The position numbers were made by a program, and so were the translations under genes. The notes below the pieces were generated by a model. That model saw nothing but the letters and a program-made list of their open reading frames with translations. It was not told where the DNA came from and did no database searches. A stretch of 27,340 bases of DNA, taken from positions 1 to 27,340 of the forward strand of contig NIVC01002310.1 of assembly GCA_002269645.1 (NCBI GenBank). Direction: 5' to 3'. The stretch comes from Macrostomum lignano. Its lineage: Eukaryota. Of the stretch, positions 22,920 through 27,340 are shown piece after piece. The number at the start of each line of letters is the position of its first letter. The stretch's first letter is position 1.

Positions 22920-23763
22920 AACTACGCACAGCTTCGTGTTAAAAGGCACAGATAAAAATATTGAACTAATTGAATCAATTCATTGCGCAACCGATTTCAC
23001 AGTCAGTCAGTATCAGCCTCAGGTAAAGTTAACAAAAACATTGCGCAATCTAAATCAACCCTCCAATACACAGCAGCAGTGAGAAGTTGAACCCTCCCCC
23101 CAACAATCTTTGCAGATTAAAGTACAATCTTTGCAGAAAGTTAAAAGTATGGAAATAGTTTTTAAATGCTGTGCTTTTTCTTTTCATATTTAAAGCAAAC
23201 AACTTATATCCCCGAACTCAGCGTTGCAAGATCTTGCCAGCAATATAAGTTTCTCCTCTCAAAGTTTAAAACTCGAGGAACAGTTAGCGTTTGAAACTGT
23301 CTGATTTATAGCATTGAAGTATCGAGTGTACGTTCACTGCCTGCTTGCAAGTTGATGCATTGAATTTCAATGTCCAACAAATACACAGGACTGCCCATTG
23401 AAAGGCAGGAAAACTTATCAGTAGCCATATCATTGCGCAATTATCTATAAAGTCAGCCAGTGAGCCAGGGTCCAAGTGTACACACGCAGCCACTGAGAAC
23501 GCTCCCACCCCCCACTGGAAAGAAAATACACTGCAGAGATAGGGAAAAGTTGTGGCGCAATCACTTGAAATTCATGCAAATTTTCAGCTCCAAGCAGAAA
23601 GAGGGGACAATTAAGATTATCAAAGGTCAAGACCGCCGTTTTCTGCTTTTTTGAGGATCTTAGAAATAAAAATTTCAGAATTAAAATAGCCTATAGCCGA
23701 CCTCGGATAATTTCCTATCTTCCCATATAAGTTTCAACGCTGAGTTGCCACTATTCAAGGAGG

Positions 23764-23911
23764 AGTTGTCGAAATGACAGACACACAGACAGACAGACAG
23801 ACAAACAACACGTCAACTTTAGTATATAGATAGATAGAAGTTGTCGAAATGACAGACAGACACACAGACAGACAGACAAACAACGCGTCAACTTTAGTAT
23901 ATATAGATAGA
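23764..23911 (-). repeat. Tandem duplication (~75-bp period) of the 5'-terminal module
   Basis: AGTTGTCGAAATGACAGAC..AAACAAC(A/G)CGTCAACTTTAGTATATA..GATAGA occurs twice. Confidence 0.9.
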
Positions 23912-24070
23912 GAGTGGAACTCCTCCTTCGGAGGAGAAAGGGGAAGAACTCCCATCACCGGAATTCTATTCCCTGAAATATCCATCAACTGAAATTCCAT
24001 GTCTTTAACCCTATCTTCCAAATCGTCTCCAAATTCTTTACAAAATCTTTCAAAGACCATAGCTCAAAGA

Positions 24071-24778
24071 CTCTCAAGTCTCTCATATCTCCTCTCTCCT
24101 CTCTCTCATCTCATCTCTACCCCTGCTCCCTTATTTATCTCTTCTCCCTCGTCTTTCGTCTGTACCTTCTCCTGTCTTCTGTCTCCTCTCTTCACTCTTA
24201 TCTCTCCCTCTTCTCTCCTCTCTCATATGTCATTTCTCACTTATCTATCGTCTCTCTTAACCCTCTCTCTCTTCTCTTTTCTCTCCTATCTGCTTCTCAT
24301 TTCTGATATCATATACGCTCTCACACTACTTTCTTTCTTGTCTCCCATCTTTCTTCCTCCTTTTCACTATCCCCTGTCTCTTCTCTTCTCTCTTTTCTAT
24401 TCTCTCCATTCTCTCTTTTCTCCTTTCCTTGCTCCTTTCATTTCTCTCCTCTCTCCTCACTCTCTTCTCCTTTCGCTTCTCTCTCCTCTCTCTCCTCTCA
24501 TCTTTACTACCTTATTTATATCTTCTCCCTAGTCTTTCGTCTGTACTCTCTCCTGTCTCCTCTCTCCCCTCCTCTCTCATCCCTCATCTCCTCATCTCAC
24601 TCTTTCTTTCTCCTCTACTCTCCCCTCTCTTCTATTGCCTCTGTACGCTCTTATCCCTCATCTATTCTCTATCCTATCATCTCCAATCTGTCATGTCTAA
24701 TCTCTCCACTCAATTATACTCTGTTTTCTAGCATCTCTTCTCTCTTCTCTTTTCAGTCTTCTCTTTACTCTCTTCTCT
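24071..24778 (+). repeat. CT-rich block, U12
   Basis: As above. Confidence 0.9.
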
Positions 24779-25200
24779 GACTGATTGAAGATGCCAAATC
24801 CATCAAGATCCTCTCCGCGAAGCAAAAATCCTGTCTGTGCAACTAAAAACCATCGAAATCCTCTCCGTGAAACTGGACTCCTTCGAAATCCTCTCCTTGA
24901 AACTTAAATCCATCAAAATTGTTTCCATAAAACAGAAATCAATCATAAATTATCTCCGCGAAACAGAAAGCCTCTCCGTGAAGCTGAACATGATCGAAAT
25001 CCTCTCCGTGAAACTGAACACCATGGAAATCCTTTCGTGAAACTGAACATCATCGAAATCCTTTCGTGAAACTGAACATCATCGAAATCCTCTCCACGAA
25101 ACAGAAATCTTCTCCGTCAGAATTTAAACATTGAAATCGTCTCCGCTAAACTTGACTTAATCGAATTTTTTCCGTCAAACAACTCAACTCGCCAGATTCA

Positions 25201-25234
25201 TTAGGGTTAGGGTTAGGGTTAGGGTTAGGGTTAG
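25201..25234 (+). repeat. Telomere-type tract (TTAGGG)5TTAG, U12
   Basis: Read directly. Confidence 0.96.
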
Positions 25235-26164
25235 AACTACGCACAGCTTCGTGTTAAAAGGCACAGATAAAAATATTGAACTATTTGAATCAATTCATTG
25301 CGCAACCGATTTCACAGTCAGTCAGTATCAGCCTCAGGTAAAGTTAACAAAAACATTGCGCAATCTAAATCGAACCCTCCAATACACAGCAGCAGTGAGA
25401 AGTTGAACCCTCCCCCCAACAATCTTTGCAGATTAAAGTACAATCTTTGCAGAAAGTTAAAAGTATGGAAATAGTTTTTCAAATGCTGTGCTTTTTCTTT
25501 TCATATTTAAAGCAAACAACTTATATCCCCGAACTCAGCGTTGCAAGATCTTTCCAGCAATATAAGTTTCTCCTCTCAAAGTTTAAAACTCGAGGAACAG
25601 TTAGCGTTTGAAACTGTCTGATTTATAGCATTGAAGTATCGAGTGTACGTTCACTGCCTGCTTGCAAGTTGAAGCATTGAATTTCAATGTCCAACAAATA
25701 CACAGGGCTGCCCATTGAAAGGCAGGAAAACTTATCAGTAGCCATATCATTGCGCAATTATCTATACAGTCAGCCAGTGAGCCAGGGTCCGATTGTACAC
25801 AGGCAGCCATTTAGAACGCCCATCCCCCCACTGGAGAGAAAATACACTGCAGAGATAGGGAAAAGTTGTGGCGCAATCACTTGAAATTCATGCAAATTTT
25901 CAGCTCCAAGCAGAAAGAGGGGACAATTAAGATTATCAAAGGTCAAGACCGCCGTTTTCTGCTTTTTTGAGGATCTTAGAAATTAAAATTTCAGAATTAA
26001 AATAGCCTATAGCCGACCTCGGATAATTTCCAATCTTCCATATAAGTTTCAACGCTGAGTTGGCACTATTCAAGGAGGAGTTGTCGAAATGACAGACAGA
26101 CATACAGACAGACATACAGACAGACAAACAACGCGTCAACTTTAGTATATATAGACGAGTGGAA

Positions 26165-26181
26165 CTCCTCCTTCGGAGGAG
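26165..26181 (-). terminator. Representative subterminal hairpin (7-bp stem, GAA triloop on - strand), candidate rolling-circle termination signal; one per unit
   Basis: CTCCTCC-GAA-GGAGGAG lies 9 nt before the end of the unit. The position matches the established Helitron 3' hairpin; function is inferred. Confidence 0.55.
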
Positions 26182-26313
26182 AAAGGGGAAGAACTCCCAT
26201 CACCGGAATTCCATTCCCTGAAATATCCATCAACTGAAATTCCATGTCTTGAACCCTATCTTCCAAATCGTCTCCAAATTCTTTAGAAAACCTTTCAAAG
26301 ACCATAGCTCAAA

Positions 26314-27155
26314 GACTCTCACGTCTCTCATATCTACTCTCTCCACTCTGTGCTATTATCGTGACTCTCTTCTCTCTCCTCTCTCTCATCTCATCTCTAC
26401 CCGTACTCCCTTATTTATGTTTTCTCCCTCGTCTTTCGTCTGTACCCTCTCCTGTCTCTTGTCTCCTCTCTTCTCTCATATCTCTCCTCTTCACTTCTGT
26501 CTCCTGTATCCTCTCTTCGCTCTTATCTCTCCCTCTTCTCTCCTCTCCTTTCTCCCTTTCATCTTTATCCCTCTCTTCTCTATACTCTAATCTCTTTTCT
26601 CTTATGTTCTCACTTATCTCTTTTCTCATAGCATCTCTCATCTCTCTTCTCCTCACTACTTTCCTCTCTTAACTCTCTTATCTCTGATCTTTCATCTCTT
26701 TTCTCTCTCCTCTCTCTCTCTCCTCTCGCTTTCTCTCTCCTCTCTCTCTTCTCATCTCTACTACCTTATTTATATCTTCTCCCTGGTCTTTCGTCTCTAC
26801 TCTCTCTTGTCTCATTTCTCCCCTCTTTTTTCCTCTCTTCTCTCTCCCCTCCTCTCTCACTCTCATCCCTCATCTGACTCTTTCTTTCCCTTCTACTCTC
26901 CCTCTCTTCTATTTCCTCTGTACGCTCTTTCTCACATCTCTATTCTCTCTCCTATCATCTCTCTTGTCTCCCTCTGCTATCTCATATCTCCCTCTCATCT
27001 CTCTCTCCTCTTCTCCTTCTCTCTATTCGTTCCCCGCCTTACTCCCCTCTTCTCTCCCATCTGTCATGTCTAATCTCTCCACTCATTTCTTACTCTGTTT
27101 CTTTCTACCATCTCATATCTCTCTCTTTTTTCATTCTCTCTTTACTCTCTTCTCT
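26314..27155 (+). repeat. CT-rich block, U13
   Basis: As above. Confidence 0.9.
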
Positions 27156-27340
27156 GACTGATTGAAGATGCCAAATCCATCAGGATCCTCTCCGCGAAGC
27201 AGAAAAATCCTGTCCGTGGCAACTGAAAACCATCGAAATCCTCTCCGGAAACTGGACTCCTTTCGAATCCTCTCCTTGAAACTAAATCCATCAAAATGGT
27301 CTCCATAAAAACAGAAATCAATCATAAATTATCTCTGCGA

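Larger units (their letters stand above)
21624..23911 (-). mobile_element. U11: near-identical to U10, with a tandemly duplicated 5' terminus
   Basis: Offset from U10 is ~2219. The 5'-terminal ~75 bp is present twice (23764-23838, 23839-23911). Confidence 0.6.
23912..26155 (-). mobile_element. U12: near-identical to U10 and U11
   Basis: 5' TCTATATATACTAAAGTTGACGCGTTGTTTGTCTGTC. The junction with U13 is a clean CTCG|TC. Confidence 0.62.
1..27340. repeat. Complex tandem array (macrosatellite-like) of 12 complete plus 2 partial copies of a 1.2-3.0 kb modular unit
   Basis: The same ordered landmarks recur 12-13 times: AACTCCTCCT(TC/CT)GGAG, GAAATCCTCTCCGTGAAAC, GATTCATT+(GGTTAG)n, TTGCGCAATCTAAATCAACCCTC, CCCATATAAGTTTC, TTTAGTAT. 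Unit lengths are 2370, 1885, 1921, 2762, 2231, 1229, 1227, 3041, 2693, 2220, 2288 and 2244 bp. There is no substantial unique sequence between units. Confidence 0.96.
26156..27340 (-). mobile_element. U13: 3' part of a unit, truncated by the window edge
   Basis: CGAG at 26156, hairpin at 26165-26181, CT block, and the start of the minisatellite. Confidence 0.55.

Noticed and set aside
26175-26205. Alternative Helentron-type boundary at the TTT between the GGGA..TCCC mini-hairpin and the main hairpin (- strand)
   Set aside because: No subterminal repeat precedes that weak 4-bp stem, and both junction variation and subtype switching map to CTCG|TC instead. Not fully excluded without solo copies.
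1-27340. Telomere-targeted retrotransposon array (SART/TRAS, Athena, HeT-A-like) with units bounded by TTAGGG
   Set aside because: No RT/gag ORF, no poly(A) tail and no variable 5' truncation at the tract; both flanks of the tract are homologous in all units.
27140-27340. Apparently novel minisatellite variants in the last ~200 bp
   Set aside because: The dense single-base indels relative to the other copies look like low-quality consensus near a read or contig end.

Overview
I find no credible protein-coding gene, RNA gene or CRISPR array. The whole 27.3 kb is a eukaryote-type head-to-tail array of 12 complete copies (U1-U12, 1.2-3.0 kb) plus two edge-truncated copies of one modular, non-coding unit. 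On the + strand each unit runs, left to right: CGAG plus a 7-bp hairpin; an optional 0.4-1.15 kb CT-rich block; a 20/30-bp minisatellite; one short (TTAGGG)n tract; two or three diverged ~420-480 bp monomers; and a conserved ~170 bp end with a (CAGA)n/(CA)n microsatellite and TTTAGTAT..GA. On the - strand each unit begins TC(T/C)..TACTAAA-(GTCT)n and ends hairpin-9 nt-CTCG, joined directly to the next TC. That layout best fits a tandem multimer of a non-autonomous Helitron-like (rolling-circle) element, although the 3' tetranucleotide is non-canonical and no RepHel ORF is present. The most unusual points are: exactly one telomere-type tract per unit, all in the same polarity; junctions that differ even between near-identical units; an 11-12 bp subterminal inverted repeat that competes with the terminal hairpin; mosaic units; and a 61-bp GC-rich insert with a 12-bp target duplication. 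All long ORFs are artefacts of low-complexity sequence. The host organism cannot be identified from this window. Identity estimates are by eye.
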